DNA of 64,000 nt from the NCBI GenBank assembly GCA_964016885.1, contig OZ024743.1:198276001-198340000 (forward strand), in the 5' to 3' direction. This document shows, one piece after another, positions 13,221-25,190 of the stretch. Under the pieces are notes generated by a model. That model made no database searches. It had not been told where the DNA came from and saw only the letters and a program-made list of their open reading frames with translations. Each line of letters opens with the position of its first letter. Position 1 is the stretch's first letter. The position numbers were made by a program, and so were the translations under genes. This DNA is from Eledone cirrhosa (lineage: Eukaryota).

Positions 13221-15248
13221 TAAATATATTATCATCATAATCATCATCATCTAGAGTTTCATAGGATGATATTGATAATTACTCTTCTACATTCGACCAT
13301 ATCTAACAGGGCTTTTGCGATTTCACGATTTCAGTCTTTCTAGGATCCGTGTCTTTACAAACCAACTTCAAAAATGTAGCAAGATGCAGATTACTTGACC
13401 TTCTAGCATGTGTAGGTTACCATCGTAGTAAATGCTTCTACCTGATCTTGTCGTCATACGTGACCTGTGGTACCGAGCCTTCTAGATTTCGTGATGTCTG
13501 TAATCGCTAGACGAGCTAGAAAACGCAGCTAAATTTCACTAGTGACTTTACAAAACATGTACTCATTGGATAATGTCATCTTAGATACGTTTTACTTGAA
13601 ACAATGTGAGTGAACGATCATAGAGGGAACGTATTGATTATAGATTTTCGTTTCTGCAAGGGCTGACCTTAGGGTAAGAAACTCTGTCAGTAGTAAAAAG
13701 AAAAATGTCAACAATAAATCCTATCTTCTCCTAAATAGAATTGTACTGATATATACGCTACTGAACCTTTGAATGCTGCTAGAAGTAAATGTTTGTGAAT
13801 TCCTTCCAAGGATGTCATCTCAAATATGGCACCTGGAATCATTGGTAAAATCTTCTAATCATGTTGATTTACTAGAAAACAATTTAAATAATGTGATTGA
13901 ATAGATTAAATTTTCCCTTCTTCTATGAGCCTATTTTGGCATATAAATTTGTAATATATCCAGTGTACTTGATATACAATCTGAATTCTTCTTATGAACT
14001 TAAATATAGTCTCTATCTTTTGAATTCAATAACATTGCTCTTCAATTCAATAAAATGTCTTGTCAAAGAAAACATTTGCTTAATAGAAATTGAACTTTGT
14101 GCACTTAAATAATATTGTTGAGATCTTAGTGGCGAACAAATAAATAACAATATATTAATGTGTTTCTTCATTGAAGAAATCGTGTTTCACGCTGGCGATG
14201 CTCTGCTTAGTTACAACTAAGCCAACATCTGATGTGCAGTTGAATTATTTTACCACCTGACTATGTAAAATCTCCAACCAACACTAAGTGACCTCTCCGA
14301 TTCCATGATTCAGTTTGAAGTTTTTATATATCTTATCGTTAAGTATAGCTTATCAAAGTTTAATGTAAAATATATAGAGAAAATTAAAATGTAGTATTAT
14401 ATATCATCCGTAAGTAAATACGTCTTTCCATCATGTATAAATGCGTTTCTATATGTATCTTCCAATGATACAGCTTATAGAAGACTAGTTCTTGTTATTG
14501 CTGAATTCAGGTCAAAAATACGTTTTTCAAAATCATGGTTATTTGGTATTTGAAAAGTTCAATGCCTCACAGTGAGAAGAATTATTCCAAGAGAGAATTG
14601 TCTGAGCATCCAAAGATATAGAGAACGAAATGAAATTATAGAGACAGGTTTGAATGAACTTCCTTCTTCAAAACATGTTCGATTGCAAGAGTTTCCCATA
14701 GAATCTGTTAGTCAAAGTATAAGATATCTATGTTGGATAATTCCCACAAAGCATTTGAAAGTTGTTAAGCAATCTCTGTAACCATAATACATGTTGGCTG
14801 TAACTCGATTTCAAGTAATCCCATCGCTTGATACTTAAGTATGAGCATCACGGACGTGCCTTTTTAGTCCTGTAAGGGACTTGCCTATGGCCAGCTATTC
14901 CATGCATGGCAAAAAATGTCAAATATCAAAACGATGCTTGTGCTTGAAGCTCTTTTAAGTGAGGAAAGCTTTGCACGGGACCAATCCCACTCTCTGAACT
15001 TCGAATGCATTTTCCCCAAAGAAGAACTGGTCCACATCATTGGATGCAAACGAAGTTGCAGGTTTTATATCAGAGTAACCTTCTCCTAGAGAGATGTCTT
15101 AATGAGTCTCTCGCTCACACAGGGTGTATAAATTAACCCTCGTCACCAAGCAACCTTGGTGGGGTTGCCGGTTTAGGGGCCGACGACCCGACCATGTAAG
15201 GTTGTACTTACATATAAACATACATACATAAATACACGCATACACACA

Positions 15249-15374
<126 letters not shown>

Positions 15375-15576
15375 TGTGCATCTATCTATCTATCTATCTT
15401 CGGAGTCGATAGACCTGTTTTTGCTTCACTCCTACATTTTGTTGGATATTTATTACGAGAAACTGTAATTTGTTAAATAATTTGTTATTTGTTTTGTTTA
15501 ACCCATCGCCTGGGCCTGCAGACGTTGGGTTAAATAATTTTCGCCCCTTTTGTTTACGAAAAGTCGTTTGGCGATA

Positions 15577-17320
15577 ATGGATTCCATTAATACATCGCAT
15601 ACGACATATGCCACACCCACCAAGGAAAGTGATAGAGAGAAGGTAGCAGCACAACGCTCTAAGCCTTCCATCCCCACTCCCTCAAAAGACACCATGAACA
15701 CTGAATTAACGGAAACATTTGTGGAAATGGGCGCAAACCCCAAAAGTTAAAATTACGCAAACAAGAACAACAATGACAATAACAACAGCAATAATGACAA
15801 CACCAACAAAGAAAAAAATGAAGTCAACACGGATAACAACAACAACACCAAAGAAAACGGACCCAGAACTGGAGACTCTTTTGCACAGGCGGTCCGAGAA
15901 ACGCAAACATACAAGCCACTGGATATCTCAAATGCCAAGGAATTGCTAAAAGAAGCAAGAAATTATGTAACTTTCGGGGAAGGTGGGGAAATTACAATTA
16001 GCTCCCCCCCCCCAAGAAATTAGAAGGGACACAGTCCTGAGGACCATAACCTTCAGGACAATTTCTAACACAACTAGGAAACCGACTCAATTATCCCAAA
16101 GCGAAATTGTGGTCCTAAATAATGCATGGAACGATATCTCTTTCATACAGAAAGGGAAACTATATGGAAGAAGTTATACTGATATATACTTATCTGTTTT
16201 AATGAAAGATCAATTGACGGCACAGACATTTTCTGTGTCGCAAATTGTATCCAAGTTATACACCTTTTCCCCTACATATATGGGGAAAAGAACACGGAAG
16301 ATAAGAATCTCGGGCTTCAGGCCAAATGCTCGCATTTGGTGGGTGCTAACGGGATTCTTAGAAGATGAGGACACAATACTTTCGATAGGCGAAAACCACA
16401 AGGGGCGTATTCGGCGGCAATAGCCTTGAAGTTCTGCTAAAAAATGAGACCACAACGGATAGCAAGAATACCGCAGCGTGTGTCCCTGGATGGGGTCACC
16501 TTCATAGACATTTCTTTTGAGGGCAGGCAGCCTTCATGCTACCAATGTTCAAGCAGAGGTCACCTGAGGGCTTCCTGTCCTCGTTTAACCCCCCCCCCCC
16601 CCCCCAAAAAAAAAGTCGCTTCTGCCCACCCCACACACAGCAACAACAACCACAACAACACGAAAAAATAACAACACAAGACACTGTCCCACCCAACCTC
16701 TCCCCACCTAAAACAAATACAAAAGCACCCGCAACAACAACAAAACGCCAAAATATACCCCTCCTCAACAACATGGACGAGGACCCCGTATCAACGTCAC
16801 CCAGTGAGGACGAGGGAGAGCCCTTTCAACCAGTAAAAAGAAAGAAAAGAAGGCACCACATTAACAAAAATGCAACAAACACACAACCACCATCACAAAC
16901 AGAACAAAAATCACAAACAAAAACAAACACAACACAACAAAAACATTATACATACATCAACACAAACAACAAAACACTTGTACAAACAATAGACAAAGAC
17001 CCTTCGGTCGAAACCGAAGGGGAAATGCTCACCAACGCGACGAATAAACCGCATTTAAAAATCATTAGGGTCCCAAAGGACACCTACGCAATGCTCAAAA
17101 CCTTTCCCGAGGACGTGGGGAACCCCTGTACTAGACATTCCCACTGCGTCCTTTTGAAATGTTCTCCCACCACCACCCCATACACCTCCACCCAACCTCC
17201 ACCTCCACCCCACCCCACACTGATGTCCCCACCACATCCCAAATCACCACCCCATCAAACAACCCCGCCAACACCCCCATGGAAATTGTGCAGCCTGGTC
17301 CCCAGGAGACGGAGAGGTAG
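15577..17320 (+). pseudogene. LINE ORF1 (nucleic-acid-binding protein with CCHC zinc knuckle), frameshifted
   Basis: ISFEGRQPSCYQCSSRGHLRASCP (CX2CX4HX4C) at about 16510-16582; SFAQAV motif near 15878; basic FQPVKRKKRR patch; frameshifts in C/A homopolymers. Start position is approximate. Confidence 0.75.
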
Positions 17321-17362
17321 GTGTCTTTTCTTTTTCTCCACTCTAAACTCTTCACCACCAAC

Positions 17363-20300
17363 ATGGCTGTTATAAGAGTTGGATGTTTAAATGTGCGCGG
17401 CTTGGAGATGTCCTGGAAGTAGGGCAAACTCTTAAATGACCTCAGGTCGCACAGAATGGATGTAATAGCTATTTGCGAGTCCAGGATCCGCAGCGAGCAC
17501 CAACTGGCCCCTATCTTCGAAGACTTTGAGATCTATGCATCTCTCTGTCAGCCGGGGATGGGGGTGGGGTTACCCTTCTGCTGCGAAAATACCTGGGCCT
17601 CGCAACACGGAAGGTACACCTGGACCCGGAGGGTCGACTGGCGGTTCTGGACGACGGCAGTAGTGAAGGTGGAGCCTTCAGGCTGGTGGCAGCTTATGCC
17701 CCATCTGGAACACCGCGGCCGGACTTCTTCCAACGTCTAGAGACTTTTCTGGGAAGGTCCTGCTCCTTGCTTTTAGTGGGGGACTGGAATGTATCCTGGA
17801 TGAACGTTGGGACTATGTAAGGGCATGTCCCGATAGAGGGGAGGGGGGGGGGGGGGTAACAGCCACAAACGGTTAATCGGCCGATTTGACCTGGCCGATA
17901 GATATCGACTAGATTTTTCGACTGTGCCACTGTGGGCGTGGACTAATCCCAGCAGAACATCTAGGTCGTACCTAAATAGGTTCCTAGTTAAAAATAAGGA
18001 TAGGGACATATTAAGCTGTCCACGAATGTTCATGGTTGACTATTCGGATCACAAGTTACTGACCTGCGTAGTCAACCTTGAGAGAACCCATAGAGAGGGA
18101 CCCAGTTACTGGAAGCTAAACTTGTCCTTACCGACAAACAAAGCTTAGAGTAAACGGATTAGCACTTTAGTTAAGCAGTGGTTGACGTCGGCAATTGTCA
18201 ATAGCAGGTGGTGGGGCTCTCTCAAGAGAGAAATTAGAATAGAATCGATAGGTTTTAGTCAGGAATTATCATTAGATAGGAATAGAACTGAAAGGGAATT
18301 GATAGAGTAGAAGAGGCGATAAGGAGTGGCAATGTGGCCGGCGTGCCGGCGTCAAGAACGGCCCTAGACCAGTTCTTTGACGCGAAGCACGGGGGCTGCG
18401 TTGTCAGGAGTAAAATAAGCGCTCTGGGTAACGAGGGAGCCAAAGCTGTTAGCTGGGCCCGAGTGACAGAGGCAAAAAGTGGAAACAGTTCCACGATTCG
18501 GTCTTTAAAGGAGCAGGATGGACGTGTGATCCTTGAACCTGAGCGGATGGCGGCCTTTCAGTGGCACTTTGCACGACTGTTCGGGAGGCACATGGATTTC
18601 AGTCCATACCTCGACGGTCTGCCGCGGCTCTCAGACGGGGAGGAGAAGTCCTGCAAAAGGCCGATTTCAGCCGCTCAAATAGGGGAAGCGCTGAGTCGAT
18701 GCGGCAAACACAAATCTCCGGGTCTCGATGGTCTACCATACGAACTTTATGTTGCGATGCCGGACTTGTCCTCCGATCTTCTCGAGACGGTCTACTGCAA
18801 CTGGCAACAGAACGGGAGTATTCCCAGTTCTGTGACCAAGGGTGTAGTCACGCTAGTGAGGAAGGACGAGAACAAGGGGGATGACATAGATAACTTCAGG
18901 CCCATTAATCTACTAAATACAGAGTTAAAGATTTTGGCCAAGGTGTTAGCGAAGAGGTTGGCGCTTGTCGTCGGGAACCTGGTGGGAGAAGCGGAGACAT
19001 GCGCAATCCCGTCCAGGTCGATACACGACAACCTCCACCGCATGCGATACATCGTAGATACATCGGAGAGGGTAGAGAATAAACCCGGCTTTGGTGGGGC
19101 CCTGATCAACTTGGATCAATCTAAGGCGCTCGATAGGGTCCACCATTGGTACCTGGAAGCGGTGCTCGCAGCGGCAGGCTTCGGACACGTTTTCAGGGGT
19201 TGGATTGCTGCAATGCACAGCAGCAACAGCTGTTCGAGGGATCAAGGAGAATGGCTACCTCTCGGAGCCGTTCCAAATCACGCGATCCATCCGACAGAGA
19301 TGTCCTCTCTCCTCCCTTCTGTATGTACTCGCTCTCGAGCCACTACTGCGGAAGTTGGAGCTGTTACAGGGCATCCCATTGAAACCGGGATTGCGGAAAG
19401 CGGTGTCGGCCTACGCCGATGACTTGACAGTAATGGTATAGTGCGCCTCGGAAATCGGGGAGATCGGAACCTTACTGGAGGAATACGAAAGTTTTACAGG
19501 AGCCAAGCTGAACCGGGACAAGTCCGTCGGTTTGCAACTCGGAACGTAGAGAAGCAAACCGATGCCCTTCGACGGCGTCGTCGGACGCTGGACGAAGGGA
19601 CCGGTGAAGCTGCTCGGGGTCTGGCTCGGACCAGACGTCGGGGTGGAGAAAAACTGGGACGAGGTAACGGGTAGGGTGTTTGCTCTCACCCAGAAGTGGG
19701 CCGAGTGCAAACTATCCATGAAAGGTCGAACGTAGGTGCCGAACACTTATATAGCGTCCGTCATCTACTACAGCTTGACTGTCGTGCCTTGCTGAGCGAA
19801 AATGCTCGCCAAAATGGAGCGCGCGCTCTTCCCATTCCTTTGGAAGAAGCGGGTCCCTTTGGTGAGAAGATCCATCTGCTGTCAACACCCTTCGAACGGA
19901 GGGCTGGGGATGCCATGCCTGACGATGCGTAAACACGAATTAAGGCTACGGCACCTCCAGGTTTTCCTCACCGGTCAACCGGTGTGGGCCCCTTTTGTGA
20001 AGCGAGACTTTCCGAGACTCGTCTCGCTCACCGAGCTGTAATCCTGGGTCAAGCAAAGACGGAGAAAAGTGGGCGACTGGCACATTGAATGTGCCCAGGC
20101 GCTCACGGCCCTCTGGCAAGCGGATCCGGCGATCAGTGGAGATTCCACCTCGACATTCTATAGAGGGTTAGTGTGCAGCAAGTGCGACGACGCTCTCGGA
20201 GAAGCTCTGGGCATAGAGGAAGACGAACTAGCCAGTCTGTTCGGTAGATTGTTTGGCCCGGGACCGATGGACAACTTCCAAAAGTCCCTGGCTTGGCAGT

Positions 20301-20758
20301 GCTGTCGAGGAGCTCTACCCGTTCAGGACAAGCTCTACTGACACGGGCGCCCATGTAGGGACCCCTCGAAAAAGATCTGTCCGAGATGCGTGCGTGACGA
20401 GGAAACCGTTGTGCATGCATTCGTACACTGCTCGGGCGTTGTTGACCTGTGGGGCTAAGTGGAACGACTACTGTCGCGAGTGGGACCAATCCGGTTGACC
20501 ACCGAGTACGTTGTCACGATGAAACCGCCTCCCTCCTTCAAAAACGAAGGAGAGGTTGTATGGTGGACGTGGTTGAAAGGGCTGAGGTCAGACACTTTTG
20601 TCCCTGGCCAACAACTGGTCCTTTTTTTCAAATACTATTTTAGAAGAAGGATAAGAATGGAGAGAGAGGTGCTATACCCCAGCAAGTTTTATGAAAGGTG
20701 GGTGAATGTGGCAAAGATGTCCCGAGTGAATGGGCCTTCTCTCTATATCAGCCGGTAG
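17363..20758 (+). pseudogene. LINE ORF2 (APE endonuclease, reverse transcriptase, C-terminal Cys/His finger), disrupted
   Basis: MAVIRVGCLNVRGL, DVIAICES, VGDWN, YSDHK, KSPGLDGLPYE, NFRPINLLNTELKILAK, LDQSKALDRV, SIRQRCPLS, AYADD, CPRCVRDEETVVHAFVHC; multiple stops and frameshifts. Confidence 0.93.
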
Positions 20759-21021
20759 GTAAGAGAGGAAGAGAAGGGGGAGAGGAAGGGAGCACCCGCC
20801 CTTGTGCTCCTGAGGAGGAGGGTCACACATCTTTTCGGGGGGGGGGGCGACCAACGTCAATGCCCCCTCCCTATTGAGGACTTCGATTGTTTAATTTTAT
20901 TTGTTATATTTTTACACTTCCTTTAAATTTATGTAAACTCCCCCCTTGTATCTGTTCCTTTCTTTTGTGCACTGGTGGCAAATAAATATAAAATTATCTA
21001 TCTATCTATATATATATATTA

Positions 21022-21055
<34 letters not shown>

Positions 21056-21071
21056 TTTATTTATTTATTTA

Positions 21072-21118
<47 letters not shown>

Positions 21119-21429
21119 CCACAGCGACGAGCTTCAAAGCTCGGTGGTATAAGCATCGCCATTCCTTTAACAGAATATATAAGAGGAAATGTACGGCCCT
21201 TTCTGAACTGATCTGGAAGCTCAAACTTGAAAAGACCCCGCACTCACTGGTCTGGTCCGTGGTTAGAAAGGTTCCCCCAGACAGAGGCAGGTCTGGTATT
21301 TGCAACCTCTGTCTTAGTGAGACACGCGAGATTCTTCATGTCGGAAACAAGCTATTAAACAGAAGGGCCGACTTATTCGGTGCCTGCAGACACCTAAGGA
21401 CGGGAACTTTCCGCAAGCTAGATGGATAA
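21119..21429 (+). mobile_element. Penelope-like retroelement, C-terminal part of the GIY-YIG endonuclease (5'-truncated; absent from the ORF track)
   Basis: Open frame from 21121: TATSFKARWYKHRHSFNRIYKRKCTALSELIWKLK..LVWSVV..GICNLCLSETREILH..LLNRRADLFGACRH..* matches the PLE endonuclease C-terminus pattern (FKxRxxxH, LSxxIWxLK, CxLCLxE, LNxRxxLxxxCRH). Confidence 0.85.
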
Positions 21430-21745
21430 ACCCCGGTTACGGCCTCCCACAAGCCCCCACCACCCACCCCCGGTAGGTCCCCTACAACCCGTACCAATGA
21501 CCATTGGACAACAACAACCACCCATGGTTTGCGGTCCTTATGGTGGGTGGTCCACCGGATCCTCTACTGGTTGGGAGTCATGTAAACAATGTTTTATTGA
21601 ACCTGATTTTATACATATATATATGTATATATGTATCATGTGTATATATATGTGTATTTTATGTGGGTATGTATGCGTATCTTTTATATATGTGTGCGTA
21701 TATGTATGTATACATTTTATATATATATGTGTGTATGTGTGTGTG

Positions 21746-21782
<37 letters not shown>

Positions 21783-22315
21783 CTTACGTGTGTATATATT
21801 GTGTGTGTGTGTGTGTTTACCTATGTATATATATATTTTTTTATCTTTTTGTATGTATATATCTCATATATATGCATGTTCTGTGTATATATATATTTTA
21901 TATATATGTATATATATATATATGTGTATACTTGTGCATACATGCATGCATATGTATATATGCACACCTGTATGGATTTGTGTGTGTAGATGTGTGAGTG
22001 TTTGAGGAGGTAGGTGTGAGTGTATGTGTAGTGACCTACATTCCGCGGGCTTACATTCATTCTCTGTGCGTGATTTGGCTCAGCTCAGCCAATCAACGCC
22101 AGTAGAAGAGGATGTATCCCTACGCGCCCTGAGGGAGAAATTCCCCGCGAAAATTTGAAGAATCTCTCTGTCGCACCCGGAACTTCGAACCAGCAACACG
22201 TACAACATATGACGGTTAGATTTCGCACTTTGGCCTGCCGGCTTTCCGGCACAATGGCACATTCCCTTTTGTAACCTCATTTTATGTGTAACTTCAACCA
22301 TACAAGTTAACAAAC

Positions 22316-22985
22316 ATTATTTGTGCTACAACAAAAATAAACATACATTTCATCTCTAATTTCTGCTGTTGACATTATTATTATGTTACTCTTGTCTCAA
22401 TAACATTTATACACTATGCTGCTAAAAGTGGTCAACCCGACGTGATGAATATTTTCAGTTCAAGATATTCCTTTTGAAATAAAATTAAAATTGGCAGTGT
22501 ATGTGTAAAAAAAAACAAAAAAAAAACAAAAAAACAAGGAATGGCGATGTGGCAGCTTGTAACTTTACCGACGCAACCACCATACCTTCTGTCTCATTAC
22601 CACAAGGACTCGAGAAATTAAGACATCAGTCTTCTCACCACTATGGCGTCAGACGTGGCTGCCATATTGGTGACTCTAGTTTCTTCAACGCTCGACTTCG
22701 ACTCTACAGAAGATTCATTGTGACTTTGCTTTAACAACAACAACAACTCTACTAGCTCCCTAGTAAGAGCGATCCCAAAGAAATTTCAAAGAAAAGAAAA
22801 GCGAACTTTTTGTAAAAGAAACAATTCTTTCTTCCTTTTTTTTTTTCAGGCATTTACTAGCTCCCTAGTAAAATATTATTTGTGCTACAACAAAAATAAA
22901 CATACATTTCATCTCTAATTTCTGCTGTTGACATCATTATTATGTTACTCGTGTCTCAATAACATTTATACACTATGCTGCTAAA
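22316..22985 (+). repeat. About 110-bp direct repeat pair (22316-22426 and 22875-22985)
   Basis: attatttgtgctacaacaaaaataaacatac...cactatgctgctaaa is present twice, 559 bp apart, with about 2 mismatches. Confidence 0.9.
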
Positions 22986-23524
22986 TATGTACAAGTGAAC
23001 CAGCATAAACCTTTTATTTCTAAATTTTCTAAACTATCTAAGTATTGGACTCTAACTAAATATTACCACCCCACTTTTTGTATGTGTAGAAGTGTGTATG
23101 TGTCTGTGGAGGTGTGTGTGAGTGTAGTGCAAGCCAACCTACATAAGCCTTTTTATTTGTAAACTTTCTACTCCAACCATAATTTTCAGTAGCACCACTC
23201 CACATAAATTCCTCAATTTAAGAATGACCTGTAGTATCTATTTCATACTATTATCCTTATTTAAAAATATATCTGACCAAGAATGCCTTTTGTGAAAATC
23301 AGTCATGTGGAACTATTGTCATCTTGCCTGATGTTTTGAACCCTACAGAACCACCTGCCTCTTTGAGGTCAAATACCAACCTACTACCATCTACAAACTG
23401 ACCAATGAGAATCAAGACTATTCCTGCTGACAACATCAAAATATTCCTAACAAGCTCATATGTCCCACGGCTCTGATACCATCAACACTATACACACAGA
23501 GCTGGCATATCTAAGAACTGACCA

Positions 23525-23580
23525 ACTGCCTGATGAGGTCATAGCCATTCAATGGCTATCATCGAAATATATATAGCAGT
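23525..23580 (+). ncRNA. Minimal type I hammerhead ribozyme (Penelope-type, palindromic stem III)
   Basis: ACTGC-CTGATGA-GGT-C-ATAGCCAT-TCA-ATGGCTAT-C-ATC-GAAA-TATATA-TA-GCAGT: 5-bp stem I, extended stem II, palindromic TATATA stem III. AATAAA follows immediately. Confidence 0.85.
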
Positions 23581-23640
23581 AAATAAATGATTATGAGTTC
23601 ATGCAATTGACTTATGTTTCGTCACTATATATATATATAA

Positions 23641-24062
23641 ATGAAAATAGAGAAATTAATTGTTTCTACTTTAGGCACAAGGCCAGCAAATACCCAGTGC
23701 ATTACTGGTACTTTATTTTATAGACCCCGTAAGGATGAAAAGAGAGGTCAACCTCGGTGGGATTTGAACTCAGATCGTAAAGGAACGTAACTATGCTGGA
23801 AAGCATGGTGTCCGACCCTCTACCGATACTGCCAATCCATGAAAATAGAGAAATTAATTGTTTCTACTTTAGGCACAAGGCCAGCAATTACCCAGTGCAT
23901 TACTGGTACTTTATTTTATCGACCCCGTAAGGATGAAAGGCAAAGTCAACCTCGGCGGGATTTGAACTCAGATCGTAAAGGGACGTAACTATGCTGGAAA
24001 GCATGGCGTCCGACAATCTACCGATACTGCCAATCCACCACCATGAAAATAGAGAAATTAAT
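23641..24062 (-). mobile_element. Two tandem tRNA-derived SINEs (short form) bracketed by three copies of a 20-bp direct repeat
   Basis: Minus strand has A-box-like TGGCAGTATCGG, B box GAGTTCAAATCC and the Nin/Deu-like core CCTTTCATCCTTACGGGGTCGATAAAAT. ATGAAAATAGAGAAATTAAT occurs at 23641, 23839 and 24043. Confidence 0.9.
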
Positions 24063-24222
24063 GTGAGCAAGAGCCAACAGTAATTCATACATAAAAGTGA
24101 CTATTACGTCAAGATGGAAAATATTTAACGTAAGATATGGGAAAGTATACGTACATACATTTAAGTATCAGCCGTACTAAGAGTGAGAAATGAAATTTCA
24201 TTTTTTCCATTTATATATATAT

Positions 24223-24399
24223 AAGGTCTTTAGATACCACACATGCATGAAGCTTGAGGTTGGCAATGGGTTGGTATTGACATCTAGCTGGTAGAAGTTT
24301 GGTAGTGGTGAAATGTTACTAGTGTGGATGGTAGATAGTGAAAAACTGTCAGTTACTATTCTTAAGAGGTGGAACGTGGGGACAGTGGAATAATCACCG

Positions 24400-24439
<40 letters not shown>

Positions 24440-24649
24440 CTATCTATATATATATATAGTGTGTGTGTGTGTGTGATTTTTCCACTGTCCCCACGTTCCA
24501 CCTCTTAAGAATAGTATAACTGACAGTTTTTCACTATCTACCATCCACACTAGTAACATTTCACCACTACCAAACTTCTACCAGCTAGATGTCAATACCA
24601 ACCCATTGCCAACCTCAAGCTTCATGCATGTGTGGGATCTAAAGACCTT
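24223..24649. repeat. About 175-bp near-perfect inverted repeat around a (CA)n/(TA)n/(TG)n core
   Basis: 24223-24397 is the reverse complement of 24473-24649 with only a few differences. Confidence 0.93.
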
Positions 24650-24744
24650 TTTGGGTAGAATGCCCGACATAATTATATAATATATATGGTAATGATTGTT
24701 GATCTTGTCAAATTAGAGCCGTCTCAACATCATCTCAATCCCAC

Positions 24745-25190
24745 AAACAAGTTTACCCTCCCATCTGCAAGAGGTGACTTTTCAATCCAGGAACTGATTT
24801 ACAAGTTCATCGACACAAGTAACAGATGTATGACAGTGTATCTATTGGGTTTATTGAATCAGGATGTGGAATGTTATGTCGATGAACTTTCATATGGTGT
24901 TTTAACTTGGAGGATGTCTAACGTATCCTGCCACACATTTGACAAGTAAACACATCCGGGGGTGCAGGGAGAGTTCCAACACAATCTTCCTGTGACATTG
25001 TCTGTTGATGGGTTTTCATATGGTTTACAAAACAGGTGACAGAAATTGCAATGACAAGGGACCTGATTGTAGAGTACACAGATCTTTGTTAAACTATAAT
25101 GTCAGGTGTTTTGCTTCTATATTTAATACCTAAGATCTGCCGAAGTCACTTTTGGTGGAATCTCTCAAGTATCTGGAAATGATGACTTTA
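24745..25190 (-). mobile_element. RTE-clade LINE remnant with C-terminal C2H2 zinc fingers (absent from the ORF track)
   Basis: Manual minus-strand translation: ILERFHQK*LRQILGIKY (RTE post-RT motif), then after an internal deletion ..NHMKTH..FTCQMCGRIR*TSSKLKHHMKVH..YICYLCR*TCKSVPGLKSHL. Confidence 0.75.

Larger units (their letters stand above)
15400..20994 (+). mobile_element. Near full-length decayed Tx1/L1-clade LINE (ORF1, ORF2, 3' UTR)
   Basis: Gag-like ORF1 fragments with a CCHC knuckle, then an APE-RT ORF2, then a 3' UTR ending GTGGCAAATAAA; bounded by (TATC)n at both ends. Confidence 0.95.

Noticed and set aside
13760-15090. Moderately complex sequence that looked like decayed coding DNA
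   Set aside because: The frames I translated by hand (the minus strand of the distal part) gave only short frames with no recognisable motif; needs BLASTX.
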